Assembly: GCA_937981995.1 (NCBI GenBank)
Contig: CALJNC010000028.1
Span: 2,444-66,443, forward strand
Direction: 5' to 3'
DNA from: an uncultured Chitinophagaceae bacterium
GTDB lineage: Bacteria > Bacteroidota > Bacteroidia > Chitinophagales > Chitinophagaceae
DNA: 64,000 bases
Shown here: piece by piece, positions 18,521 to 28,603 of the stretch
Numbering within the stretch: the first letter of the stretch is position 1
Layout: every line of letters starts with the position of its first letter
The notes under the pieces: model-generated
What the model saw: only the letters and a program-made list of their open reading frames with translations
Database searches by the model: none
Told to the model about the DNA's origin: nothing
Made by a program: the position numbers and the translations under genes

Positions 18521-20035
18521 TTATTTAATTATAAATTGTAAAGTGCCTTTGTGCTTATTTTCTAAATCATTATAATTTAATAAGTAATACCCTTTAGGGT
18601 AGTTTACTAAACTTATATTGAGGCTATTTATACCGTTCTTTATTTCTCTTATATCAGAGTGTAACAATTGGCCCGAAACATCTAAAATAGAGATAGCTAT
18701 GTCGGATGCTTGATATGAATTGTGGTAATGGAAATTAATTTCATTGGTAGCCGGATTAGGCGCTAAACTTCCATTAATACTTAAATCGTTACAGCTAATA
18801 TTTATTGCTTTGATTGCTGAGAATGAAGCTCGGTTATCTAAATCTACAATTTTAAGTTGATAAGCGTAACTATCATTATTATCATCAATTAACTTATCTG
18901 AAAAAGTGTATGTTTTAAGATTAGCTTGTTGCTTCTGTACTTCGATTTTTTTAATGGTTTTAAAACTTTTGGAATTGGCTTCTTTTCTTAAAATTTCATA
19001 ATGAGAAACATTTTCTTCGTTTCTACTTATCCAATTTAAAAATGAGGTACAATTAATTTCTGATACTGTAAAAGATGTAAGATCTACTGGCAATGGAATT
19101 GCATTGGAAATTCCAAAGTTGGCATTTTCTATCGGACAGGTAGTTGCTTGAATATTTTCTAAGGTACCATTAGGTATACCATCGCTTGCTGAGCTGTCAC
19201 AACAATCTTCATCAGCAAAGGTCCAGTTTGGAGGAAGTTGAACAGGTGGAGGAGTTTGACCTTTTACGCCTTGGTTTGTGCTTAATTGAACTATGTAAGT
19301 TGTATTCACACTAAGTGAGTCAACAAGATAGTTTCCATTGCTAGGTATCATACTTGTTCCCTCCACTAAACTAGTTGCAGAGTCTATAACATTTACATAC
19401 ATATTTGTGTTGCTTGGTGTTCCTATTAGTGCTCCAAAAGGATTATCTCCAATAGCAGGGTCATTAAATAATGATCCACTTACTGTAGTATGACCTATAT
19501 AATTTTGAGTGTAAGAAGATTCTGGATCATCTGATATTACATTAAACGTACTCATATAAGATGGTACAATTAATGATACATCAACACCAACAAGTGAAGG
19601 AACGGCTAAGTCGTTTGGAATAATTAATTTAACGCCTATAAGCCCGGTTGCATCTGGGTGAATATTAAATAAATCCGAACCCGTTCCATGCAGTGTGTCA
19701 TTTTGAACACCAACAAAACATGAGTCACCTTCCATACTCCAGCTAAAGAAGTTAGAGTAACTGCCGTAAACGGCATCGGCAACAGAAGAAGAATTTATGA
19801 CTAATCCCGTAACACATATTCTTACAATCATTGGATTGTTAACCCAATCTGTTGCGTCATCTTGGGTTGTCAATCCAATAGTAAAAATGGCATCAATGGG
19901 TCCACAATTATTAATCCCACTCTGGTTTGGCTCCGGTAAGAAATGAATATTTTGAGTATACGGGTTGTAAGGAGTTTGGGCAAATCCTGTAAAGCCCAAA
20001 GTCGTTGTTAAAAGTAGTAGCAGTATTTTTTTCAT
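18521..20035 (-). CDS. Secreted T9SS cargo protein of unknown function
   Basis: Signal peptide MKKILLLLLTTTLGFTGFA, an LPVDLTSF..W module, and the C-terminal APNPATNEINF...GYYLLNY...LQFIIK CTD. The ATG at 20035 is preferred over the GTG at 20041. Confidence 0.6.
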   Translation of the reverse strand: MKKILLLLLTTTLGFTGFAQTPYNPYTQNIHFLPEPNQSGINNCGPIDAIFTIGLTTQDDATDWVNNPMIVRICVTGLVINSSSVADAVYGSYSNFFSWSMEGDSCFVGVQNDTLHGTGSDLFNIHPDATGLIGVKLIIPNDLAVPSLVGVDVSLIVPSYMSTFNVISDDPESSYTQNYIGHTTVSGSLFNDPAIGDNPFGALIGTPSNTNMYVNVIDSATSLVEGTSMIPSNGNYLVDSLSVNTTYIVQLSTNQGVKGQTPPPVQLPPNWTFADEDCCDSSASDGIPNGTLENIQATTCPIENANFGISNAIPLPVDLTSFTVSEINCTSFLNWISRNEENVSHYEILRKEANSKSFKTIKKIEVQKQQANLKTYTFSDKLIDDNNDSYAYQLKIVDLDNRASFSAIKAINISCNDLSINGSLAPNPATNEINFHYHNSYQASDIAISILDVSGQLLHSDIREIKNGINSLNISLVNYPKGYYLLNYNDLENKHKGTLQFIIK

Positions 20036-20048
20036 AAACACTTGATAG

Positions 20049-20064
20049 ACAACTATTGTGCCAA
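20049..20064 (-). promoter_or_regulatory. Sigma-54-like -24/-12 element
   Basis: Minus strand reads TTGGCAC-AATAG-TTGT (consensus TGGCAC-N5-TTGC; 9 of 10 fixed positions, correct spacing). It ends 13 nt upstream of the ATG at 20035. Confidence 0.35.
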
Positions 20065-20225
20065 TATATAAATAAAAAACATATATCGTTGATTACCAGC
20101 AGTTTATGTTTATTTTGTTTTTTGTAAAGTCTTGACGTTCAACAAGTAGTAAATAAATATCCTTGAATTTCATTTTAGCTTTTAGGACGAGTTGACATAT
20201 TTAACTAGACTTTTGTTTACGGCAG

Positions 20226-20250
20226 AAAAAAACTCCCTAAAAAGGGAGTT
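20226..20250 (-). terminator. Rho-independent terminator after gyrB
   Basis: aactccct-aaaa-agggagtt stem-loop, followed on the minus strand by T7. Confidence 0.75.
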
Positions 20251-20274
20251 CCTAAATTTAAAGAAGCATTCTAA

Positions 20275-22245
<1,971 letters not shown>

Positions 22246-22269
22246 TTAGGGCTCCCTTTTCAGGAGATT

Positions 22270-22277
22270 CAAAGGTA
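22270..22277 (-). promoter_or_regulatory. Bacteroidota-type -7 promoter box (TAnnTTTG)
   Basis: Minus-strand TACCTTTG, 39 nt upstream of the gyrB ATG. Confidence 0.35.
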
Positions 22278-22360
22278 CAAAAAATGGCGGGTAAAATGCT
22301 ATTTCGGGCTAGGCTAGTAAATCTGTGAAATATAGTAAAATAGGGGCTTGAGGCAAATAA

Positions 22361-22381
22361 TTATCCACAAATAAATCCACA
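22361..22381 (+). promoter_or_regulatory. Pair of DnaA-box-like 9-mers
   Basis: TTATCCACA (perfect consensus, 22361-22369), then AAATCCACA (7/9, 22373-22381) in direct orientation after a 3-nt gap. Confidence 0.45.
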
Positions 22382-22390
22382 TCTGCCATT

Positions 22391-22410
22391 GGCAAATTTT
22401 GACAAATTTT
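22391..22410 (+). repeat. Tandem 10-mer (ggcaaatttt gacaaatttt)
   Basis: Two adjacent 10-nt units differing at one position, 10 nt downstream of the DnaA-box pair. Confidence 0.6.
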
Positions 22411-22451
22411 ACCACAAGTTGTAACTATAAATATTAAAGTACTTTTACTTT

Positions 22452-22880
22452 ATGGAATGTAAAAATGTAAGCTTTAATTCACCCTGGGTTTTACAGATGT
22501 ATGCACTGCGTCAGCAGGAATTACGTCTTCCTTTAGGCCTGCATTTATATAAAGAAGATTTACTTTCAGAACAGAGTCAGTTACATTTCATAGGATATGA
22601 ACAAGATGAGATTGTGACCTGCTTACAGTTAGTAAAAATCGACAATAAGGCACTTAAGCTGCGCCAAATGGCAACATATAAAATGCACCAAGGAAAAGGT
22701 AAAGGGAAGCAACTAGTAAAGTATGCCGAGCTATGGGCTAAAGAGAATGGGTATGAAAAAATAGAATTGCACGCAAGAAAAGTTGCACAAGGATTTTATG
22801 AAAAGCAAGGGTATAAAAAAGTAGGAGAGGAGTTTTTAGAAGTGGAAATTCCACATTATAAAATGGTAAAAGACCTCTAG
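22452..22880 (+). CDS. GNAT-family N-acetyltransferase
   Basis: 142 aa. The RQMATYKMHQGKGKGKQLV (Q/RxxGxG/A-like acetyl-CoA loop) and YEKQGY tail are typical of GNAT. Confidence 0.8.
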   Translation: MECKNVSFNSPWVLQMYALRQQELRLPLGLHLYKEDLLSEQSQLHFIGYEQDEIVTCLQLVKIDNKALKLRQMATYKMHQGKGKGKQLVKYAELWAKENGYEKIELHARKVAQGFYEKQGYKKVGEEFLEVEIPHYKMVKDL

Positions 22881-22883
22881 CTT

Positions 22884-23702
22884 TTACTCAACAATATCAA
22901 ACTGTATTAATTTGTTTACTGATCCTTTATTAGTTTTTCCTCTTATTCTAAATTGAGCTGAAGAAACATATAACTTACAAGGAGCATCTGTATAATCAGT
23001 TGTGTTTTTTATACGCTGCATCCATTCTTGTATTTTAGTTTCTTTTACATTTTTAGCGCGCAACTCTTTATCCAATGCTAATTTTAATTTTTGATTGGTT
23101 AGGTTGTTAAACTGAAAACTATTATCCCCCAATGCAGCAAAAATATTAGAATTTCCTGCCAATGGAAACCAGTCAGATATCTTGCGTCCTAGAGTTTTTA
23201 AAAGATACTCTTCTTTTTGATTAGCTACTTTAAGTTTAGTGTAAATGCGTTCTTTTATTGTGACATCTTTAAGCCCAACGACCTTAAGCTTCATCTTAGA
23301 TAAATCACCACTTGTAACCAAGTAAGATACGCTACGGCTTTCCTTTGCATTTTGTTCCGTAAGTTGTTTTGCACCTAAGTTTTCAAAAATGATTTTACAG
23401 TCGCCAAAGTCAATCGTAAAACCAGTTATGTTTGAATCTGCGGCATTAAATTCAGCCAATTCCTCAGCAACCTTTACGCTATCCACTTGCACCATAATTC
23501 GTGCAATCTCGCCTTCATCTTGTTCCTTTTTAGAAATGTCCCGTACAGTATTTTTTAAATAAGTGGAATCAGTTTCTGTAACGATTAAACTAGGGGCGCC
23601 CATTTTAATTGAAGCACCATTTGATACGCTAGATTCTTTACAGCTTTGCGTTAAAAGTGATAACAGAAATATCGGAAGAAGGAATAGAATAAATCTTTTC
23701 AT
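22884..23702 (-). CDS. Hypothetical lipoprotein
   Basis: LLSLLTQSC lipobox; no recognisable domain; 1-nt overlap with the upstream membrane-protein gene. Confidence 0.5.
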   Translation of the reverse strand: MKRFILFLLPIFLLSLLTQSCKESSVSNGASIKMGAPSLIVTETDSTYLKNTVRDISKKEQDEGEIARIMVQVDSVKVAEELAEFNAADSNITGFTIDFGDCKIIFENLGAKQLTEQNAKESRSVSYLVTSGDLSKMKLKVVGLKDVTIKERIYTKLKVANQKEEYLLKTLGRKISDWFPLAGNSNIFAALGDNSFQFNNLTNQKLKLALDKELRAKNVKETKIQEWMQRIKNTTDYTDAPCKLYVSSAQFRIRGKTNKGSVNKLIQFDIVE

Positions 23703-24121
23703 TAACGTAATCTATCTAAATTTTTAACGAGTTTATCATCTTTGTTTATGCCAATGTATGCGAGAAACGAAAATAAGAGAGCAAGCAAAGGAGCTGCAAT
23801 ACCAAATTGAAAATTTGCGTTGCTTTTTTCAAATTGGATGATATATACCATGTAAGCAATACAAAAAATACATTGGACTGCTATAGACAAACTAAGCCAT
23901 TTTTGTATTTTTCTATTTTTAAATGCAAAAATTGTAACAATTGATTCAATAGCAATTATTAATAAAAGCGTACTTAGTATAGAATTTTTTTGTGCTAGTA
24001 AACTGCTTTCTGCTTGTCCGTATTGGTCAATTAAGTTTTCTGTGCCAAAAGGAAAGAAGTATGCAATGCTCACACTCATTGCAGCTAGTAACAACCAAAT
24101 TGTTTGAATACGTTGAATCAT
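23702..24121 (-). CDS. Small four-TM membrane protein (DUF4293-like)
   Basis: MIQRIQTIWLLLA start, four hydrophobic segments, 139 aa. Confidence 0.5.
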   Translation of the reverse strand: MIQRIQTIWLLLAAMSVSIAYFFPFGTENLIDQYGQAESSLLAQKNSILSTLLLIIAIESIVTIFAFKNRKIQKWLSLSIAVQCIFCIAYMVYIIQFEKSNANFQFGIAAPLLALLFSFLAYIGINKDDKLVKNLDRLR

Positions 24122-24295
24122 AATAAGAAGCGATAAAGTTAGACAAATTTTATTCTTATGTGCCTTAAGGCTTTCATAAATATTTTAAGCTTTGAGATGA
24201 TAATTTATTAGAATTTATTTTGGGTTTTATTTATCTTATTAAAAAATGGAGTACAAATTGGTTATATTGTATTTTCACGATTCTAATATTTACAT

Positions 24296-26608
24296 ATGGG
24301 TAAGAAGTTGACCAAAAAAGAAGCTTTAGAATATCATAGCAAAGGGCGACCAGGTAAAATTGAAGTTGTACCTACAAAGCAAACTAAAACACAACGTGAT
24401 TTAGCTTTGGCATATTCGCCTGGGGTAGCTGACCCTTGCCTTGAAATAGAAAAAAAACCCAATGATGCTTATAAGTATACTGCCAAAGGAAACTTGGTAG
24501 GTGTTATAAGTAATGGTACCGCAGTTTTAGGATTAGGAGATATTGGAGCGCTTGCATCTAAGCCAGTAATGGAAGGAAAAGGATTACTTTTTAAAATATA
24601 TGCAGATATTGATGTGTTTGACATTGAAGTAAATGAAACCGACGTAGAAGAATTTATTAAAGTAGTTAAAGCAATTGCACCCACTTTTGGAGGTATTAAT
24701 TTAGAGGATATAGCAGCTCCTGATAGCTTTGAAATAGAAGAGCGTTTAATAGAAGAATTAGACATCCCTATCATGCATGATGATCAGCATGGTACGGCTA
24801 TTATTACATCGGCTGCATTGCTCAATGCCTTAGAAATTCAAGGTAAAAAAATTAAGGATATAAAAGTGGTGGTAAGTGGTGCAGGAGCATCGGCTATTGC
24901 ATGTACTAAGTTGTACGTAAAAATGGGTGTCAAAAAGAAAAACATCCTCATGTTTGATAGAGATGGTCTAGTTTCTTTGACACGAACAGATTTAGATAGT
25001 AAAAAGCAACTTTTTGCTAATGGCGAGAATGTGAACATTACCGAAGCTTTGAAGGGAGCGGATGTTTTATTAGGTTTGTCTGCAGGTGGTGTAATAAGTC
25101 CGGAAATGCTCAAAGGAATGGCTGCCAAACCAATTGTTTTTGCTTTAGCTAATCCAATACCTGAAATAGATTATCCTACCGCTATTAAAACTAGGGATGA
25201 TATTGTTATGGCTACAGGCCGAAGCGATTACCCTAATCAAGTAAACAATGTTTTAGGGTTCCCTTATATTTTTAGAGGTGCCTTAGATGTACGAGCGTCA
25301 AAAATTAATGATGAGATGAAACTAGCTGCTGTAAAAGCACTTGCTGATCTTACCAAGGAAAGTGTGCCAGATGCGGTGAATATGATTTACAATCAAAAGG
25401 CATTAGTATTTGGGCCAGAGTATATTATACCAAAACCTATGGACCCTCGCTTATTAAGTACAGTAGCACCAGCAGTAGCAAAAGCTGCTGAGGATAGTGG
25501 CGTTGCACGCGAACCCATAAAAGATTATGACGCGTATAAGGAAGAGCTTTTAAATCGATTAGGAGAAGACGATAATGTGCTTCGTATGATTATGAATAAA
25601 GCGCGTCAACATAAAAAACGTGTAGTTTTTTCTGAAGCCGAGAATGTAAAAATATTGAAAGCAGCTCAACAAGCCTTTGATGAAGAAATTGCCGTTCCTA
25701 TTTTACTTGGAAATAAAGAGCGCATCATAAAACTTGCCGAAGAGTACAGTATTGATTTAGGTGATATAGAAATTATAGATCCTAAGGAAGATAAAATGCG
25801 CAAAAAGCGCGAAGCTTTTGGAGATTTGTTTTATCAAAAAAGAATGCGGAAAGGCACCAATAAATATGAAGCAGTAAAAATAATGCGAGATCGAAATTAT
25901 TTTGGGTGTATGATGTTAGAAGCCGGTGAAGCTGATGCCCTAATAACTGGTTTAGCAAGGAAATACCCTGATACGATAAGACCCGCATTAGAAATTATAG
26001 GCCCGGCTGATGAGCCTAGTACCGCCGATCCTTCTAAGCCTCAAAAAATTTCTGGTATGTATGCCGTGCTTACTAAAAAAGGACCCATATGTTATGCAGA
26101 TACTACAATAACAGAATTTCCTTCATCTGAGGAATTAGTAGACATTACTTTACAAGCTAGTGCAAGTTTGAAAAGTTTAAATATTGACCCTAGGGTTGCT
26201 ATGTTGTCCTATTCTAATTTTGGAAGTAGCAATTTGCCAGAGGCAAAAAAAGTAAGAAAAGCCACGCAGATTTTACATGAAAAACATCCGAAATTAAAGG
26301 TGGAAGGAGAGGTTCAAGGAAGTATTGCATTTAATAAAGAAATTTTAAAAGAGAATTATCCGTTTAGTGAACTTGTAAATGCTAGCCCCAATGTATTAAT
26401 TTTTCCAAATCTTTCGGCCGGGAATATTGCATATAACTTACAGCTTGAAATGGGAGATAGGGAAACAATAGGGCCCATTATTTTAGGGTTAAAAAAATCA
26501 GTGCATGTATTACAATTAGGAAGTACAGTTAGGCAAATTGTAAATATGGTAGCTATTGCGGTTTTAGATGCTCATGTAAAACAAAAAAAGACAAAGCTTG
26601 CTAAATAA
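24296..26608 (+). CDS. maeB: NADP-dependent malic enzyme, MaeB type (malic enzyme plus PTA-like domain)
   Basis: LALAYSPGVA and VISNGTAVLGLGDIG malic-enzyme blocks, plus a C-terminal ~330-aa phosphate-acetyltransferase-like domain; 770 aa. Confidence 0.93.
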   Translation: MGKKLTKKEALEYHSKGRPGKIEVVPTKQTKTQRDLALAYSPGVADPCLEIEKKPNDAYKYTAKGNLVGVISNGTAVLGLGDIGALASKPVMEGKGLLFKIYADIDVFDIEVNETDVEEFIKVVKAIAPTFGGINLEDIAAPDSFEIEERLIEELDIPIMHDDQHGTAIITSAALLNALEIQGKKIKDIKVVVSGAGASAIACTKLYVKMGVKKKNILMFDRDGLVSLTRTDLDSKKQLFANGENVNITEALKGADVLLGLSAGGVISPEMLKGMAAKPIVFALANPIPEIDYPTAIKTRDDIVMATGRSDYPNQVNNVLGFPYIFRGALDVRASKINDEMKLAAVKALADLTKESVPDAVNMIYNQKALVFGPEYIIPKPMDPRLLSTVAPAVAKAAEDSGVAREPIKDYDAYKEELLNRLGEDDNVLRMIMNKARQHKKRVVFSEAENVKILKAAQQAFDEEIAVPILLGNKERIIKLAEEYSIDLGDIEIIDPKEDKMRKKREAFGDLFYQKRMRKGTNKYEAVKIMRDRNYFGCMMLEAGEADALITGLARKYPDTIRPALEIIGPADEPSTADPSKPQKISGMYAVLTKKGPICYADTTITEFPSSEELVDITLQASASLKSLNIDPRVAMLSYSNFGSSNLPEAKKVRKATQILHEKHPKLKVEGEVQGSIAFNKEILKENYPFSELVNASPNVLIFPNLSAGNIAYNLQLEMGDRETIGPIILGLKKSVHVLQLGSTVRQIVNMVAIAVLDAHVKQKKTKLAK

Positions 26609-27263
26609 AATAAATATTGCAATTGACGGTTTGTCCTCTACTGGCAAAAGTTCGTTGGCCAAAGCCTTGGCTAAAGAACTAGGCTATATTTATATTGATA
26701 GTGGCGCAATGTATAGAGCAGTTGCTTATTTTTTTCTTGAAAATAAAATTCAAATCTCAAAAGACAATCAAGACTTAGATAAGGAGCTTGCGCAGGTTCG
26801 TTTAAAATTTGTAAATCAACGTATGCGTCTTAATAATATTGATATTGAGGATGCTATACGCACCATGCGCATTTCTAATGTTGTAAGTGAAGTAGCTGCC
26901 TTGCCTGTAGTACGAGATTTTTGCGTGAAGCAGCAACAGGCTTTTGGTATAGATAAAGGTGTAGTTATGGATGGTAGAGATATAGGAACAGTTGTTTTTC
27001 CTCAAGCTGAACTTAAAATATTTCTTTATGCTTCTCAAGAAATACGTGTGCAAAGGCGCTACGATGAATTGCAAGCTAAAGGAGCTGGTGTATCAAAAGA
27101 AGATGTTGAAACTAATCTTTTGCACCGTGATCGAATAGATAGTACACGAGAATATAACCCACTCAAAAAAGCTGAAGATGCTCGTGAGTTAGATAATTCC
27201 CAATTAGATATTCCGGGTCAAATAGAGTTGATTAAATCTTGGATTATTAATTTAACTGCTTAA
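26598..27263 (+). CDS. cmk: Cytidylate kinase
   Basis: IAIDGLSSTGKSS P-loop, IDSGAMYR, GRDIGTVVFP. TTG start overlapping the maeB stop. Confidence 0.9.
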   Translation: MLNKINIAIDGLSSTGKSSLAKALAKELGYIYIDSGAMYRAVAYFFLENKIQISKDNQDLDKELAQVRLKFVNQRMRLNNIDIEDAIRTMRISNVVSEVAALPVVRDFCVKQQQAFGIDKGVVMDGRDIGTVVFPQAELKIFLYASQEIRVQRRYDELQAKGAGVSKEDVETNLLHRDRIDSTREYNPLKKAEDARELDNSQLDIPGQIELIKSWIINLTA

Positions 27264-28470
27264 GAATAGTTTCCAAATTGTAATGCTCGCCATGAATTTC
27301 TACTACTCTTTTTATTACTGATTCCACAATAGCATCAGGACATGAGGCGCCTGCAGTAATTAGTATCTTTTGTTTTCCTGCAGCTAAGTAGTCAGTAGTT
27401 TCTATCATTTTTTTATTATGAAAATCAAAGTGATGAATGGTCTTTTCATCTTTTATTTCGCTTCCATCTTTTATGTAATATGTAGGAAGTTTTTCCTCGC
27501 ATAGTTCTACTAAATGTGAAGTGTTAGAACTGTTGTATCCTCCAATTACAATTGCTAAATCTGCTTCGGTTTGCAACATCCCTTTTACTGCGCTTTGATT
27601 ATCATTTGTGGCATAGCATAGGGTGTCTCGCGTATCCGCAAAATGAATTTTTATATCTTCATCTGAAGAATTATGTACTTCGCTAATTATGCCTTTTAAA
27701 TAATTGGCTATTTCCTGAGTGTCTTCGGCTAGCATGGTAGTTTGGTTTATTACACCAATTTTTTGCAAGTCTTTCTCAATACTAAAACCAGTTGTGTATC
27801 GGTCCTTAAATTCTTTTTGAAAATCTTGTTGGCTTGCCTCTTGCTTGATATACTTTCTAAGATTTTTGGCCTCTTGTAAGTTTTTAATAATTAGGGTAGG
27901 AGCTTCGCTTGCGCATTGCGAAAAAGTTGCGCGCGTTTCTTCATGCTGTGGTTTGCCATGTAAGATTAATGAGTAACCTTTGTTTCCTATTTGGCTACCA
28001 CGTTTCCATACTTTTTCTACAAAAGGACACGTTGTATTGTATTGAATTGGGTTGATACCTTTTTCTTTTAATAGTTCATTGGTTTCTTTTGTAGTTCCAA
28101 AAGCTGGAATAATTACAATATCGTCTTCGCTAATTTCAGTCCAATCTATATACGGGTTACCAAGTGTATCTTGTATAAAACGAACACCGTTTTTAATGAG
28201 GTCTTCATTTACCTGCGGGTTATGTATCATTTCGCTTAATAAGAAAATTCGTTTGTTGGGGTTTGCTTCCACTGTTTTAAATGCAATTTCAATTGCATTT
28301 TCTACTCCGTAGCAAAAACCAAAATGGCGTGCAATTTTAAATTCCAATCTCCCAATTTTTATAAGCGTTGGTGTAAAGTCTTTTTTAAGCTTATCATCGT
28401 TTTTTCGTTTATGATTAATAGCCGAAACTAGCTCTGATCGGTAATTTATTGGAATGTCAAAAGTTTTCAT
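27247..28470 (-). CDS. ispH: 4-hydroxy-3-methylbut-2-enyl diphosphate reductase, long (cyanobacterial/plant-like) form
   Basis: FGFCYGVENAI, TTCPFVEKVW, HGKPQHEETRAT, INQTTM, DTLCYATNDNQ and SSNTSHL blocks. 407 aa with a ~40-aa N-terminal extension and internal insertions. Confidence 0.9.
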   Translation of the reverse strand: MKTFDIPINYRSELVSAINHKRKNDDKLKKDFTPTLIKIGRLEFKIARHFGFCYGVENAIEIAFKTVEANPNKRIFLLSEMIHNPQVNEDLIKNGVRFIQDTLGNPYIDWTEISEDDIVIIPAFGTTKETNELLKEKGINPIQYNTTCPFVEKVWKRGSQIGNKGYSLILHGKPQHEETRATFSQCASEAPTLIIKNLQEAKNLRKYIKQEASQQDFQKEFKDRYTTGFSIEKDLQKIGVINQTTMLAEDTQEIANYLKGIISEVHNSSDEDIKIHFADTRDTLCYATNDNQSAVKGMLQTEADLAIVIGGYNSSNTSHLVELCEEKLPTYYIKDGSEIKDEKTIHHFDFHNKKMIETTDYLAAGKQKILITAGASCPDAIVESVIKRVVEIHGEHYNLETILKQLN

Positions 28471-28576
28471 ATTTGCTTATTTGCAAATAAACGATATAGT
28501 ATTGTAATGGGAATGTCATATTCGTTAGATATATATTAAGGGCGGCGTATGATAAGGTTTAGATAATCGTCTAATG

Positions 28577-28584
28577 TATATTTG
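28577..28584 (+). promoter_or_regulatory. Bacteroidota-type -7 promoter box (TAnnTTTG)
   Basis: TATATTTG, 19 nt upstream of the ATG at 28604. Confidence 0.4.
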
Positions 28585-28603
28585 AGACAATACATTTATA
28601 TAT

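Noticed and set aside
27247-27263. Convergent gene overlaps: cmk/ispH 17 nt, erpA-like/fabI 4 nt at 31090-31093, and tpiA/DUF721 stop-codon overlap at 11511-11514.
   Set aside because: These are consistent with a compact genome. No hairpin or unusual signal lies within the overlaps. Noted but not considered functional features.
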